Assembly: GCA_965223855.1 (NCBI GenBank)
Contig: CBDCXM010000009.1
Location: 800,001-864,000, forward strand
Source of the DNA: Candidatus Multivoradales bacterium
GTDB taxonomy: Bacteria; Acidobacteriota; Thermoanaerobaculia; Multivoradales; JAHEKO01
DNA length: 64,000 nt
Direction: 5' to 3'
Each line of letters opens with the position of its first letter. Position 1 is the first letter of the stretch. The notes beneath the pieces were generated by a model. It was not told where the DNA came from and made no database searches. It saw only the letters and a program-made list of their open reading frames with translations. Below are positions 38,606-47,728 of the stretch, in pieces. A program made the translations under genes and the position numbers.

Positions 38606-39916
38606 CTACTGGATGGTGGTCGACCAGGCGGACGTGTCACCCGATTCGAAGCCGTCGGCGAAGATCTCGGCGCCGGACACCCGCTTGGCCTGTACGCTGG
38701 TGCCGGAGTTGTCGGAGCCGCTCGAGCCGCCGCTGGTCCACACGACGACTAGCCTTCCGGAGCCATCGGGACTCACGGCCGCTTCGAGCTGCTGCCCCGT
38801 TGAGTAGCTGTTGACCTGGAACTCCCCTCCGACCGGCAGCCAGTCGGCGTCGAAGCGCTGAGCCCTGATCGTGGAGAAGAACGAGCTGTCCCAGGCGACG
38901 AGGAACCCACCGGAACCGTCCGGAGCGATTGCCGGGCGGGCCTCGAAAGCCGACGTATAGGAGTTCACCTGGAACTGGGCCCCGATCGGGTCACCCTCGG
39001 CATCGAAGCGCTGGGCCTGGATGCTGTCGAGGAGGCCCTCGTTGCCGTACGAACCATCGCTTCGCCACGCGACGACGAAACCTGCGGCACCATCGGCGAT
39101 GACGGTCGGTTGCTCCTGGTCGCCGGTCGTATAGCTGTTGACTTGAAAAGGAGCTCCAGCGGGACTGCCGCCAGAGTCGAAGCGCCGCGCCTGGATGCTG
39201 AGGCCGTCGTCGTCGGTGCCGTGCGAGGCATCGCTTTGCCACACCACGACGAAACCGCCCGCGCCCACCTCGCTGACAGCCGGAAGCCGGTGGTAGTAGC
39301 TCAGGCTGGGGTCGTCGACCTGAAACTCGGGTCCCACCGTGTCGCCTTCGGAGTCGAAGCGCTGAGCCTTGATCCTCCGGACGGGGTCGTAGTAGCTGCC
39401 GATGTAGTACTGCCAGGCGACGACGAAACCGCCGGAGCCGTCCGGACTCACGGCCGGCGAGGACTGGTCGTAGAACGTGTCTGTGTTGACCTGAAAGTCG
39501 GCCCCGAGCGGACTGCCGTTCGCGTCGAAACGCCGCGCCTGGATGCTCCTCTCGTCGTTGTCGCTGCCGCTCGACCCGTAGCTCGCCCACACCACGACGA
39601 AGCCCCCGGAGCCGTCGGGGCTGACGGCCGGCAGAAACTGAAGGTCCGGAGTGTAGGTGTTGACCTGAAACTGAGTGCCGACCTCACCGCCGTCCGGGCC
39701 GAAGCGCTGACCCTCGATGCTCGAGAAAGAGCCGTCACCGCTCGGGCCGTCGCTCCGCCAAACGACGACGAAGCCGCCGGAACCGTCCACGCTCACTGCG
39801 GACTCCTGCTGGTCGTCCAGGGTCTCGCTGTTGACCTGGAACTCCTCGCCCACCGGGTGCTGGGCGATGGCCGGAGTGGAGCTGAGGAGCAGAGCGAAAG
39901 CACACCAGAGGCGCAT
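38606..39916 (-). CDS. Secreted repeat protein (7 x ~59-aa FQVN...PAV..DG.GGFVV.W...I.A.RFD repeats, probable beta-propeller) with IFADGFESG tail
   Basis: GGGAGG RBS, signal peptide MRLWCAFALLLSSTPAIAQ, seven countable repeats, ends IFADGFESGDTSAWSTTIQ. Confidence 0.82.
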   Translation of the reverse strand: MRLWCAFALLLSSTPAIAQHPVGEEFQVNSETLDDQQESAVSVDGSGGFVVVWRSDGPSGDGSFSSIEGQRFGPDGGEVGTQFQVNTYTPDLQFLPAVSPDGSGGFVVVWASYGSSGSDNDERSIQARRFDANGSPLGADFQVNTDTFYDQSSPAVSPDGSGGFVVAWQYYIGSYYDPVRRIKAQRFDSEGDTVGPEFQVDDPSLSYYHRLPAVSEVGAGGFVVVWQSDASHGTDDDGLSIQARRFDSGGSPAGAPFQVNSYTTGDQEQPTVIADGAAGFVVAWRSDGSYGNEGLLDSIQAQRFDAEGDPIGAQFQVNSYTSAFEARPAIAPDGSGGFLVAWDSSFFSTIRAQRFDADWLPVGGEFQVNSYSTGQQLEAAVSPDGSGRLVVVWTSGGSSGSDNSGTSVQAKRVSGAEIFADGFESGDTSAWSTTIQ

Positions 39917-40208
39917 CGATTCCTCCCGTGAAGGCTTGCGACTTGCAGTCTTGCACACTCTGCGAGCAGTGTTCTGCGTTCGCCGAGTCATTCCCCGTCA
40001 GGCTTGCCGGACCTTCTGAAGGTTAGCTGGATTCCGTGCCATGAGACGCGAAGCAGATCGAGGAGCGAAAGCTGCGTCAGCTTCAAGTGGTCGTCGGCAT
40101 CGCCGACCGCAGCTCTCAGGCCCGGTCCCCTCGGTCAGGCCCGGCCCCTCGCTCAGGCCTGGCTCCAGTGCGATTCGAGCTAGCGAGTGCTGTCGGAAGA
40201 AATGACAG

Positions 40209-40805
40209 TCAGAGTTCCAGCAGCCTGACCTCATCGGGGCTCCCAATCAGCTCGGGTTCCCGCCCCCCATTTGCTCCGAAGATCCAGGCCTCGAGGCCGG
40301 GACCGGACTCGGCGAGAACCAGTCGCCGCCGGCCGTCGATCAGTAGGAAGCTCTCTTCGAGGCGCTCGGAGAGCTCCAGCCCGAGCAGCGCGTTGGCCAC
40401 CCGCGCCGCTGACGCTGCGCTGTGAAGGCCGCGCTCGAACGACTCGCGAGCCTCCGGATCGAGCCGATCGAAGAGCGGACCATGCCACCCGATCTGGATG
40501 TGGGGGTTGAAGCTCGCAAGGGAGAAGTAGACGCTGCCGTACAACGAGCCGGTATGAGAACCGGCCTCCAATTGCCGGCCGCGCTCGAGCTCTCCGGCGA
40601 GGGCCTCGGCCGGGCTGGCCTTGCCGTCCAGATGCAGCTCCAACGTTCTTCCCGTTTCGGCGCAGAAGCCGTCTTCGTCCAACTCGAGCTCGAACGGCGA
40701 GGTGTCGAACTCGAAGCCGGACTCTTCGAGCGTCGTCAAGAGCGCTCTGGGGAAGAGCGGTTGCTCCTCGCCTGGAAAGAGCAGGCATGTGTACCAGGAC
40801 GCCAA
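40209..40805 (-). CDS. Hypothetical protein
   Basis: Acidic globular-looking ORF with TTG start; no recognised motif. Confidence 0.45.
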   Translation of the reverse strand: MASWYTCLLFPGEEQPLFPRALLTTLEESGFEFDTSPFELELDEDGFCAETGRTLELHLDGKASPAEALAGELERGRQLEAGSHTGSLYGSVYFSLASFNPHIQIGWHGPLFDRLDPEARESFERGLHSAASAARVANALLGLELSERLEESFLLIDGRRRLVLAESGPGLEAWIFGANGGREPELIGSPDEVRLLEL

Positions 40806-41028
40806 AGCCTGCTACCCGGCGTCCTCGAGAGTCGCCCCTGGCGTCTCCATCCACGGAAGCGCTCCTTCAGTCATCCTTGGTCCCCTGCTCTCCACGTTCG
40901 TGCGAGTCCCAGTCCGACCACATGTGACAACCCGCGTGCGCGCGGACCGGTGAGGGCGATCCGAGCATCAGTGTGGCGGCCCAGCTGGTAGAGAGCCGCC
41001 CGCATGGGCTGCGATTCACCGCGAGAGT

Positions 41029-41213
41029 CTAGCCCGGACTTGTCACGCCGGTGTGTCCTGGCAGGCCGTAGGTTGCTGAAGATACAAGGCTTCCGGTCGC
41101 GAGCACCGGAGACATAGCCGTAGCTACGTCGAGGAGCGCAGGGGCCGGAAAACGCAGTAGATTCAGTGACATACGGGCTGCCAGGGTGCATTGGCGTGAG
41201 AGGTTCGGGCTGG
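41029..41213 (+). other. 185-nt rod-like hairpin (candidate structured ncRNA or REPIN/MITE-like palindrome)
   Basis: 41029-41085 pairs without gaps to 41157-41213 (42 Watson-Crick, 10 G-U, 5 mismatches); inner stems TTCCGGTC/GGCCGGAA and GACATAGC/GCTACGTC. Confidence 0.7.
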
Positions 41214-41231
41214 CTGCTCTAGACTGACCCG

Positions 41232-41648
41232 ATGCTGGCAGCTCTGGTCTATCTGCTGGGCGGCCTCGTCGCGGCGGCGCTCTTCACCGCCTGGGCAGGC
41301 GCTCCGACCCGTCGTCGCGGACGCGTCGTCTACGGCAGTGCGCTGGTCGTGGCGGCGGCGATCTATCTCGGCTTCGCGCTCGCGCGGGGCGCGGAGTGGG
41401 GCGCACGTGTGGACGAGACGATCGGTCTGCTGCTCTTCGGTGCCTTGGCCGCGGCCGGCGTCGCGCGCTATCCGTGGCTGCTGGCGGGCGGCTGGCTGCT
41501 CCACGTGCTGTGGGACATCGTCGTCCACCCGCTGGGGACGCCGACCTACGCTCCCGAGTGGTACCGCTGGGCCTGCCTCGGCTTCGACCTGCTGGTCGCC
41601 GGCCGGATCGCCGCCGGCCTCAGGCGGGACTCGCCGGCCGACGAGTAG
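41232..41648 (+). CDS. Membrane protein (DUF6010-like)
   Basis: LVVAAAIYLGFA, LAGGWLLHVLWD..H, PEWY..ACLGFDL motifs. Confidence 0.65.
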   Translation: MLAALVYLLGGLVAAALFTAWAGAPTRRRGRVVYGSALVVAAAIYLGFALARGAEWGARVDETIGLLLFGALAAAGVARYPWLLAGGWLLHVLWDIVVHPLGTPTYAPEWYRWACLGFDLLVAGRIAAGLRRDSPADE

Positions 41649-41663
41649 CCGCGGCCGGCACCG

Positions 41664-43676
41664 TCACCGCGCCGTGCCGCTCGAGGCGGTCGTCGCCTGC
41701 GGCCGCGGCGCGGTGCAACCGAGCAGGAACCTGCCGAGCCGGGTGTAGAAGTCGATCCTCGAAGCCTCGTCGCGGAACGAGTGCGCCACGTCCTCGTGCA
41801 CCACGAGCTCGACCTCCCGCCCGGCGCGCTCGAGCGCCTTGGCCAGCAGCGTCGAGTGCGAGACGCTCACCCGCTCGTCCTCCTCGCCGTGACCGAGAAA
41901 CACCGGCACCCGGATCCGATCGACGTTCTCGAGCGGCGAGGTCTCGCGCAGCCGCTCGCGGTCCTTGAGCGAGCCGCCGATGAGCGGCACGTTGATCTCC
42001 GAGAAGAGATACCCCTTGTCGTGGTTGAGCATCCTCACCAGGTCGCTCGGGCCGGCGTAGCTGGCGCCACAGCGGAACAGCTCCGGCGTCTTGACGAGCC
42101 CCATCAGCGCCGCGTAGCCGCCGTAACTGGCGCCGTAGATCGCCACCCGGTCGGGGTCGGCGACCCCGGTCTCGACGAGCCACCGGACGCCATCCGTGAG
42201 GTCGTCCTGCATCGCGAGCCCCCACTGCTGATGGCCGGCGGTCTCGTGCGCCGAGCCGTAGCCGGTCGAGCCGCGATAGTTGGGTTGCAGTACCGCGAAT
42301 CCGAGTGCGGCGAGGTACTGGGCGGGCGCGTCGAACCCGAGCACGTCGCGCACGCTCGGGCCGCCGTGCGGCATGATGATCGTCGGCAGCGGCCCGTCGA
42401 CCGGCGGCCGGGTGAGGATGGCCGGGATCTCCAGGCCGTCGCGCGCCGGGTAGGAGACCACCGCCACCTCCGACATGCGCAGGCCGGCCAGCATCGGATA
42501 GGACTCCGAGGCGAGGCTCAGCTCCTGCGCCTCGCGGCGGTAGAGGTAGTAGGTCGTCGGATGAACCGGGCTCGACGCCTCGACCAGGGCGACCTTGCGA
42601 TCGCGGCTCTGGCTGACGATGTCGGTGTAGCGCCCCCGCAGGGCGCCCGCCAGCGCCTGGTGCTCGGTGTGCGCCGTGTCGTCGAAGAAGTGTCGCTCCG
42701 GGCCGGCGGCGTAGTAGCCGGCCGCGGTCAGCACCCGGCGCTCGCGAGAGAACTCGAGCCAGCTCGGCACGTCGAAGCCGGGCGCCGCGAAGAGCTCTTT
42801 GCCGAGCCTTTCCTCGCCAAGGTGGTACTCGTAGAGCGCCATGAAACCGTCGTCGCGCTCCCGGCGGACGTAGATCAACCCCGGGTCGTACGAGAAGTCG
42901 ATGAACTCGAGTCCACCCTCTCCCTGGCCGTGGCGGGAGATCGTCTGCCATGGATCGCTCTCGGAGCGCCGGGCGACGAGGACGAAGTTTCCGTGCTCGT
43001 AGCCCGAGCCGGCGCGCACGACGCCGTCGTGGTCGGTGTACCAGTAGAGCACTCCGTCGACCGCCGTCACCACCCTCTCGAGGCCGCCCGTCTCGACCTC
43101 CATCCGGTAGACCGAGGGGTAGGCCTCGGTCGGCTTGCGGACGGTGATCAGCACATGGTCGGGGTCGTTCCGCAGCCAGTCGGTGATCCGGTCCTCGATC
43201 TGAAAGGAACCGCGGCCGAGCAGCAGGAACTTGCCCCAGTTGCGCGCCAGATGAGTGTAGTCGCTGCCGTCGCGGTTGACCGCGTAGAGACGGGTGCGGC
43301 GGGGTCGTGGAGGCGAGCGGCTCTCCATCGGCTCCTCGACGGCGAACAGCAGACGCTCGTCGTTGGCCCACCGCAGCCAGCGCAGCCGCGCCTCCGGATC
43401 GTCGAGGCCGACGATCGGTGAGGCCGCACCGCCGTCGAGAGGACGCACGACCACCCGCTCGGTGCCGTCGCTACTGAAGAGCGCCGCGGCATGGGTGCCG
43501 TCGGGCGAGATCGCTAGTTTCGACAGCGCGGGGCTGCGGAAGAACGCCTGAGCGAGGGTGGCCGGGTCCGGCGCGGCGGTGAGGACGGCGGGGGTGAACA
43601 GCAACAGCCCCAGACACCAACCGCCGAACCACCGACCCGGTCGGAAACCGGGGGGTGTCGAAGGAGGCATGGCCAA
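41664..43676 (-). CDS. S9 family (prolyl oligopeptidase-like) exported peptidase
   Basis: ISPDG propeller start, PHGGP, QPNYRGSTGYG, MQDDLTDG, GASYGGY (Ser), HGEEDERV (Asp), AHSF (His). Confidence 0.92.
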   Translation of the reverse strand: MAMPPSTPPGFRPGRWFGGWCLGLLLFTPAVLTAAPDPATLAQAFFRSPALSKLAISPDGTHAAALFSSDGTERVVVRPLDGGAASPIVGLDDPEARLRWLRWANDERLLFAVEEPMESRSPPRPRRTRLYAVNRDGSDYTHLARNWGKFLLLGRGSFQIEDRITDWLRNDPDHVLITVRKPTEAYPSVYRMEVETGGLERVVTAVDGVLYWYTDHDGVVRAGSGYEHGNFVLVARRSESDPWQTISRHGQGEGGLEFIDFSYDPGLIYVRRERDDGFMALYEYHLGEERLGKELFAAPGFDVPSWLEFSRERRVLTAAGYYAAGPERHFFDDTAHTEHQALAGALRGRYTDIVSQSRDRKVALVEASSPVHPTTYYLYRREAQELSLASESYPMLAGLRMSEVAVVSYPARDGLEIPAILTRPPVDGPLPTIIMPHGGPSVRDVLGFDAPAQYLAALGFAVLQPNYRGSTGYGSAHETAGHQQWGLAMQDDLTDGVRWLVETGVADPDRVAIYGASYGGYAALMGLVKTPELFRCGASYAGPSDLVRMLNHDKGYLFSEINVPLIGGSLKDRERLRETSPLENVDRIRVPVFLGHGEEDERVSVSHSTLLAKALERAGREVELVVHEDVAHSFRDEASRIDFYTRLGRFLLGCTAPRPQATTASSGTAR

Positions 43677-43709
43677 CAGTCTATCGGCTCCGTTCGGGAG
43701 AGAGCGCCG

Positions 43710-44105
43710 TCAGCACCCTTCGTCCAACACCTCGAGCCGGTCGGGCAGGTTGGGAACCATGCAGAGGAACTCGAACGGCGCCTCGAGCACCTCGTAGGAG
43801 TGCGGCAGGCCGGCGGGGATGTAGAGCACGTCGCCGGTCGTCACCTCGCGCACCTCGTCGCCCAGCGTCAGGCGACCGCGACCGGTGAGGACGTACTGCT
43901 CGTGCTCGACCTGGTTGGTGTGAAGCGGCATGCCGCCCCCCTCGCCCATGATGAAGCGCCGCATGGCGAAGTTCGGCGCGCCGTCGTCGGCCCCCATGAG
44001 CAGCTGAACTTCGGTGGAGCGGCCGGCCGTGACCATTGTCCTCTCGACGGCGCGTGAGCGCTTGACGACCGCGCTCGCTGGCGCCTTCTGCGGAGATCGA
44101 GCCAT
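43710..44105 (-). CDS. Cupin domain protein
   Basis: APNFAMRRF....GG.MPLHTN..EHEQYVL.G, GDVLYIPAG.PHSY, FLCMVP. Confidence 0.85.
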   Translation of the reverse strand: MARSPQKAPASAVVKRSRAVERTMVTAGRSTEVQLLMGADDGAPNFAMRRFIMGEGGGMPLHTNQVEHEQYVLTGRGRLTLGDEVREVTTGDVLYIPAGLPHSYEVLEAPFEFLCMVPNLPDRLEVLDEGC

Positions 44106-44290
44106 GGTTTCCTCCCACCATGCAGACTAGCAAGTCGGAGCCTGGCTCGCGGTTGCGGTCCGGGAGAATGAAGAGAGAGAATCTGGAGCAACCCTAACTC
44201 AGAGACCGTGGAGAGCAAGCGGTGTGCAGGAGGAGCGAATGCTGCGGGCCGCCGTCTCCAGGCGTCGAGCAGCTCCGGAGGAGGACGACG

Positions 44291-44875
44291 ATGCGCTTTC
44301 GAGCAGCACCTTTGATCACCGTATTGGCCCTGATCGCGGTTCCACCGGTCGGTTCGCAGGAGGACCCGGACGGCGGCTACTCCCCCCTGCCGGTGTTCGA
44401 GCAGTTCGGTGAACCGGCCAGCGAGGCGGACGGCCAGGCGATCGAAGCTCTCATCGAGCGCGCTGGCCGCGCCTGGCGCAGTGGAGATGTCGAAGGATCC
44501 GTCGCCGCCTACTCTGAGGACGCCGAGTGGGTGAATGCGTTCGGCGACGTGCGCCGAGGGCATGCCGAGCTCCGAGAGCAATTCCGCTACCTGTTCGCCA
44601 GGTTCGAGAGCGACACGGATGCGCAGGACTCTTCGGGCTCGGAGTCTTCGTCAGAGGCCGATGCTGCGTCGCAGAGTGCGCCGAGTCGAGGTCGAATCTC
44701 GCTGCGGCATGTAGGCCCGACCGCTGCGGTGCTTCACTCCTACGTCGAGAGCAACTGGGGGCGCAATAGGAACAGCGACGAGGGGCCGAGGCGGATCTAC
44801 ATCACCCGGGTAGTGGAGAAACGGGACGGGAACTGGTTGATCGTGCATCAGATGATCATGGATGCACGCCGCTAG
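44291..44875 (+). CDS. Secreted SnoaL/NTF2-like (SgcJ/EcaC, DUF4440-type) protein
   Basis: GGAGG RBS, signal peptide, AWRSGD....AAYSEDAEWVNAFG...RG, V.EKRDGNWLIVHQ. Confidence 0.75.
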   Translation: MRFRAAPLITVLALIAVPPVGSQEDPDGGYSPLPVFEQFGEPASEADGQAIEALIERAGRAWRSGDVEGSVAAYSEDAEWVNAFGDVRRGHAELREQFRYLFARFESDTDAQDSSGSESSSEADAASQSAPSRGRISLRHVGPTAAVLHSYVESNWGRNRNSDEGPRRIYITRVVEKRDGNWLIVHQMIMDARR

Positions 44876-45132
44876 AGGCAGCCGAGGGGCGGGAGCCGAA
44901 CTCGGTTCGTGCGTATCCGAGCGCCGACAGAGACCGCCGGTTAGCACGAACAACTCGGAACGCTGCGGCAGCCTCTCGCCGACAGACCGGACCGTCGGCG
45001 CCTGTTAGAACGGACGCAAGCCGGAGCTTCGCCCGGGGAAAGCGGGAGGCACCGGGTCGAAGGAGGCCCATCAAACCTCCGACCCGATGCCCCCCTTGCG
45101 GTCTGGTTGCGGTCTCTCTCCCGTCTTCGGTC

Positions 45133-45672
45133 TCAGGGCAGGGTGGTCGACCAGGCAGACGTGTTCCCGCTCTCGAAGCCGTCCTCGAAGATCAGCATCG
45201 ACGGTGGTGGGCCGGAGAGGTCGGTCAACGGCAGGCGCGCCATGTAGGCCGGCCTCGCGTTGGCCGGATCGAGGACGAAGGCGGTGCAAAGGACATCCGC
45301 AGAGTCGGCGTAGACGATCCCCGAACCCTGATCGAGGGCCGGTGTTCCGTTCGCTGTTCCGAGAACGATGTCGTCGAACAGAAGCGCCGTCCGGTGGGTC
45401 GAGAAGGTGGTGGTATTCGAGGGAGGGATCGACGCCAGGCCCTCGTACGGGGTGCCGTCGAAGTCCGTGACCTCCACCGTCACGAGCAGGGTGACGCTCG
45501 AGAAGTTGGAGCAGATGACGGATGTCGCCGCTTCGCCGGTGTTCGCGCTCTGCTCGCCGCTGTCGACGACGCCCGAGAACGCGAAGCGTGGCGCCGGGCC
45601 GTCGGGGGTCGCGGCGGGAAGCCATCCGGCGAGAAGGACTCCCACCCCACAGAGGATGGCGATTCGCTTCAT
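45133..45672 (-). CDS. Secreted hypothetical protein with IFEDGFESG tail; paralog of the upstream gene
   Basis: ATGA overlap; signal peptide MKRIAILCGVGVLLAG; ends LIFEDGFESGNTSAWSTTLP. Confidence 0.75.
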   Translation of the reverse strand: MKRIAILCGVGVLLAGWLPAATPDGPAPRFAFSGVVDSGEQSANTGEAATSVICSNFSSVTLLVTVEVTDFDGTPYEGLASIPPSNTTTFSTHRTALLFDDIVLGTANGTPALDQGSGIVYADSADVLCTAFVLDPANARPAYMARLPLTDLSGPPPSMLIFEDGFESGNTSAWSTTLP

Positions 45673-46220
45673 TCGAACATCTCCAGCGTCGCCAGGTACT
45701 CGGGCGTCGCGTTGGCCGGATCGACGACCGTGGCGTTGCAGATCAGGTTCGACGAGGAGGAGACGACCTGTCCGGAGCCCTGGTCGATCGCCGGGGTGCC
45801 GCCGCCGCCGCCAATGACGACGTCGTCGAAATAGAAGGCGGTGAGGTGAGTCGTGTAGGTGAGCGTGAACGAGGGGCTGATCGTGGCCGATCCGACGTGG
45901 ACGGTGCCGTCGAAGTCGAGGATCTGAACCTCGACGCTGGCGGAGGATCCGCCGGTGTTCGTACACTGAACGGAGGTCGCGGCCTCACCGGTGTTGGAGG
46001 TCTGCTCACCGCTGTCGACGGCGCCCGCGAAGCGATAGACCACGCTGCCGAGGAGCTCGGAGCTGTCGCCGAGCAGGAAGTGATCCGGCAGGTGACCGAC
46101 CTGGAAGGCTCCGGCGATCCCTCCGGCGCCTTCGGGGTAAGGGCGCTCGGCGGTGGCGGCGGTGACGGCCGAGAGCGCCACGAGAGCGATGAGACCAGGC
46201 AACTTGATACGCGAGAACAT
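45669..46220 (-). CDS. Secreted hypothetical protein; paralog of 45133-45672 without the tail
   Basis: AAGGAGG RBS; signal peptide MFSRIKLPGLIALVALSAVTAATA; shares VDSGEQ..NTGEAATSV.C.N, DFDGT, DQGSG, DPANA. Confidence 0.75.
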   Translation of the reverse strand: MFSRIKLPGLIALVALSAVTAATAERPYPEGAGGIAGAFQVGHLPDHFLLGDSSELLGSVVYRFAGAVDSGEQTSNTGEAATSVQCTNTGGSSASVEVQILDFDGTVHVGSATISPSFTLTYTTHLTAFYFDDVVIGGGGGTPAIDQGSGQVVSSSSNLICNATVVDPANATPEYLATLEMFE

Positions 46221-46416
46221 AGGTTCCTCCTTCGAGAAGCGACCGGGCGTCGTTGCCACGGACGAAGGCCGCGATTGCGGCGGCCTCTTCACTTGTGGCG
46301 ACGCACGAGCCGTCGCCACAACACGGTCGTTCGAGGCGGAGCGGGGTCCGGGCCGCGAAGGCCCGGCTCGATAGGCCCAGCTCGATCGGGCGGGCTCGGT
46401 ACTTCGGGCTCGCGGG

Positions 46417-47109
46417 TCAGCGAACGGTGACCGGCTCGCCGAGGGTGGCATCCCCTCCGGCGTCGAAGACGGCGCCGACGTCGCTGTCGAGCGAGCCGAG
46501 GCTCGGCCAGGGCGGTGCGGTGTCGAGGAACAGCACGGGCTGGTAACTCCCGGGCTCTTCGACCTTCCAATCGAGCCGCAGGGCCCGACGCTCGCGTCGA
46601 CACGGCGGCTCGGTCGAGCAACGGAGGACGACGTCACGGTCGGAGCGATAGATGCGGATCTCGGCGACGTCGTCCGCGGCCACCCCGGCGGCGAGCTGCA
46701 CCGTCGTTCCGGGAACCACCTCCGCGCTCCGCCGCTCGGGGCCGCTGCCCTCGGCATAGGTGAGGTTCAGGGCGCCGGGCTCGATGCCCGGAGGCCGCAC
46801 CACGAGCCAGACGGCGGCGATCGACGCGGCCGCGGCGAGCCCGAACGGCAGCCAGCGCGAAGGGCGTGAGCCGAGGCTCGTCGCCGGACGAGGCTCGGAG
46901 GCCTCCTCTTCCCGAGCCGCGAGCCGCACCTTCTCGCGCCAGTCGGTGGGTGGTGCGTCCTCGGCGCCGACCTCGGCGAGAGCGGCCTCGAGTCGCCGGT
47001 ACTGCCGCTTCGCGCCCGCGCAATCGGGACAGTCCGCGAGGTGCGGGTCGCCTTCGCCCAGCGGCCGGCCGTCGGCCAGAGCGTCCTCGAACCGGTCGCA
47101 ACGACTCAC
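46417..47109 (-). CDS. Zinc-finger (HxxxCxxC) membrane anti-sigma factor
   Basis: GTG overlapping the sigma stop (GTGA); PHLADCPDC, APPTDW, TM LAAAASIAAVWLVV, periplasmic beta domain with C..EPPC. Confidence 0.78.
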   Translation of the reverse strand: MSRCDRFEDALADGRPLGEGDPHLADCPDCAGAKRQYRRLEAALAEVGAEDAPPTDWREKVRLAAREEEASEPRPATSLGSRPSRWLPFGLAAAASIAAVWLVVRPPGIEPGALNLTYAEGSGPERRSAEVVPGTTVQLAAGVAADDVAEIRIYRSDRDVVLRCSTEPPCRRERRALRLDWKVEEPGSYQPVLFLDTAPPWPSLGSLDSDVGAVFDAGGDATLGEPVTVR

Positions 47110-47720
47110 AGCGAAACTCCGTGCCCTTCGAGGCAGCCCTTCAACACCGGCAACGCACGCGCCACCCGCGCCTGCAGGGTGGGCGCCCGGTCGCCGAGGG
47201 CGTCGGACATCTCGGGGAACGAAAGGCCCGCCTGGAAGCGCAGCAGCACCGCCTCCCGAATCTTCGGCGCGATGCGCTCCAGGCAGCGCTCGAGGATCGT
47301 CGCCAGCGAGCGCTGCTCGACGGCGCTGTGCGGAGACTCGGCGGCGTCCTCGACCTCCGGCAGCTCCTCGACCAGCTCGAAGCGCGCGCTCCACCGCCGC
47401 CGCGCCTTGAGGGCGTCGAGGCAGCGGTGGCGCGCGATGCTGTAGAGCCAGGTCTTGAAGGTAGAGCGCCCCTCGAAGCGCGGCAGCGCCCGGAACGCCT
47501 GGACGAACGTGAGCTGATGGACGTCGTCTGCGAGTGCCGAGTCCCGCGTCATCTGCCGGCAGAAGCGGTAGACGGCGTCGCCGTAGCGGTCCATCAGGAG
47601 CTCGAGGGCGCCCTCGAAATCGCCCTGCGCCGCCGCCTCGGCGATCGCAGCCTCCGACCCGCGCGAAGACGGGTCGGAGGGCGGCTCGCGCCGGACTGAC
47701 GACGATTCCGAGGGCTCCAT
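47106..47720 (-). CDS. ECF RNA polymerase sigma factor
   Basis: YGDAVYRFC, ADDVHQLTFVQAFR, FEGRSTFKTWLYSIARHRCLD, REAVLLRFQAGLSFPEMS. Confidence 0.9.
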   Translation of the reverse strand: MEPSESSSVRREPPSDPSSRGSEAAIAEAAAQGDFEGALELLMDRYGDAVYRFCRQMTRDSALADDVHQLTFVQAFRALPRFEGRSTFKTWLYSIARHRCLDALKARRRWSARFELVEELPEVEDAAESPHSAVEQRSLATILERCLERIAPKIREAVLLRFQAGLSFPEMSDALGDRAPTLQARVARALPVLKGCLEGHGVSL

Positions 47721-47728
47721 CGGCGGGA

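Noticed and set aside
38606-39916. Recurring DNA repeats (GTTGACCTGGAACT-like) that could suggest a CRISPR array
   Set aside because: They are in-frame codons of ~59-aa protein repeats, degenerate at third positions, and no cas genes are present.
40026-40042. Sigma54-like TGGCACGGAATCCAGC on the minus strand upstream of the repeat protein
   Set aside because: GG-to-GC spacing is 11 nt instead of the required 10, and the TTGC element is absent.
41664-43676. S9 peptidase as the RiPP protease
   Set aside because: It is ~19 kb from the cluster, has a signal peptide, and looks like an ordinary exported peptidase.
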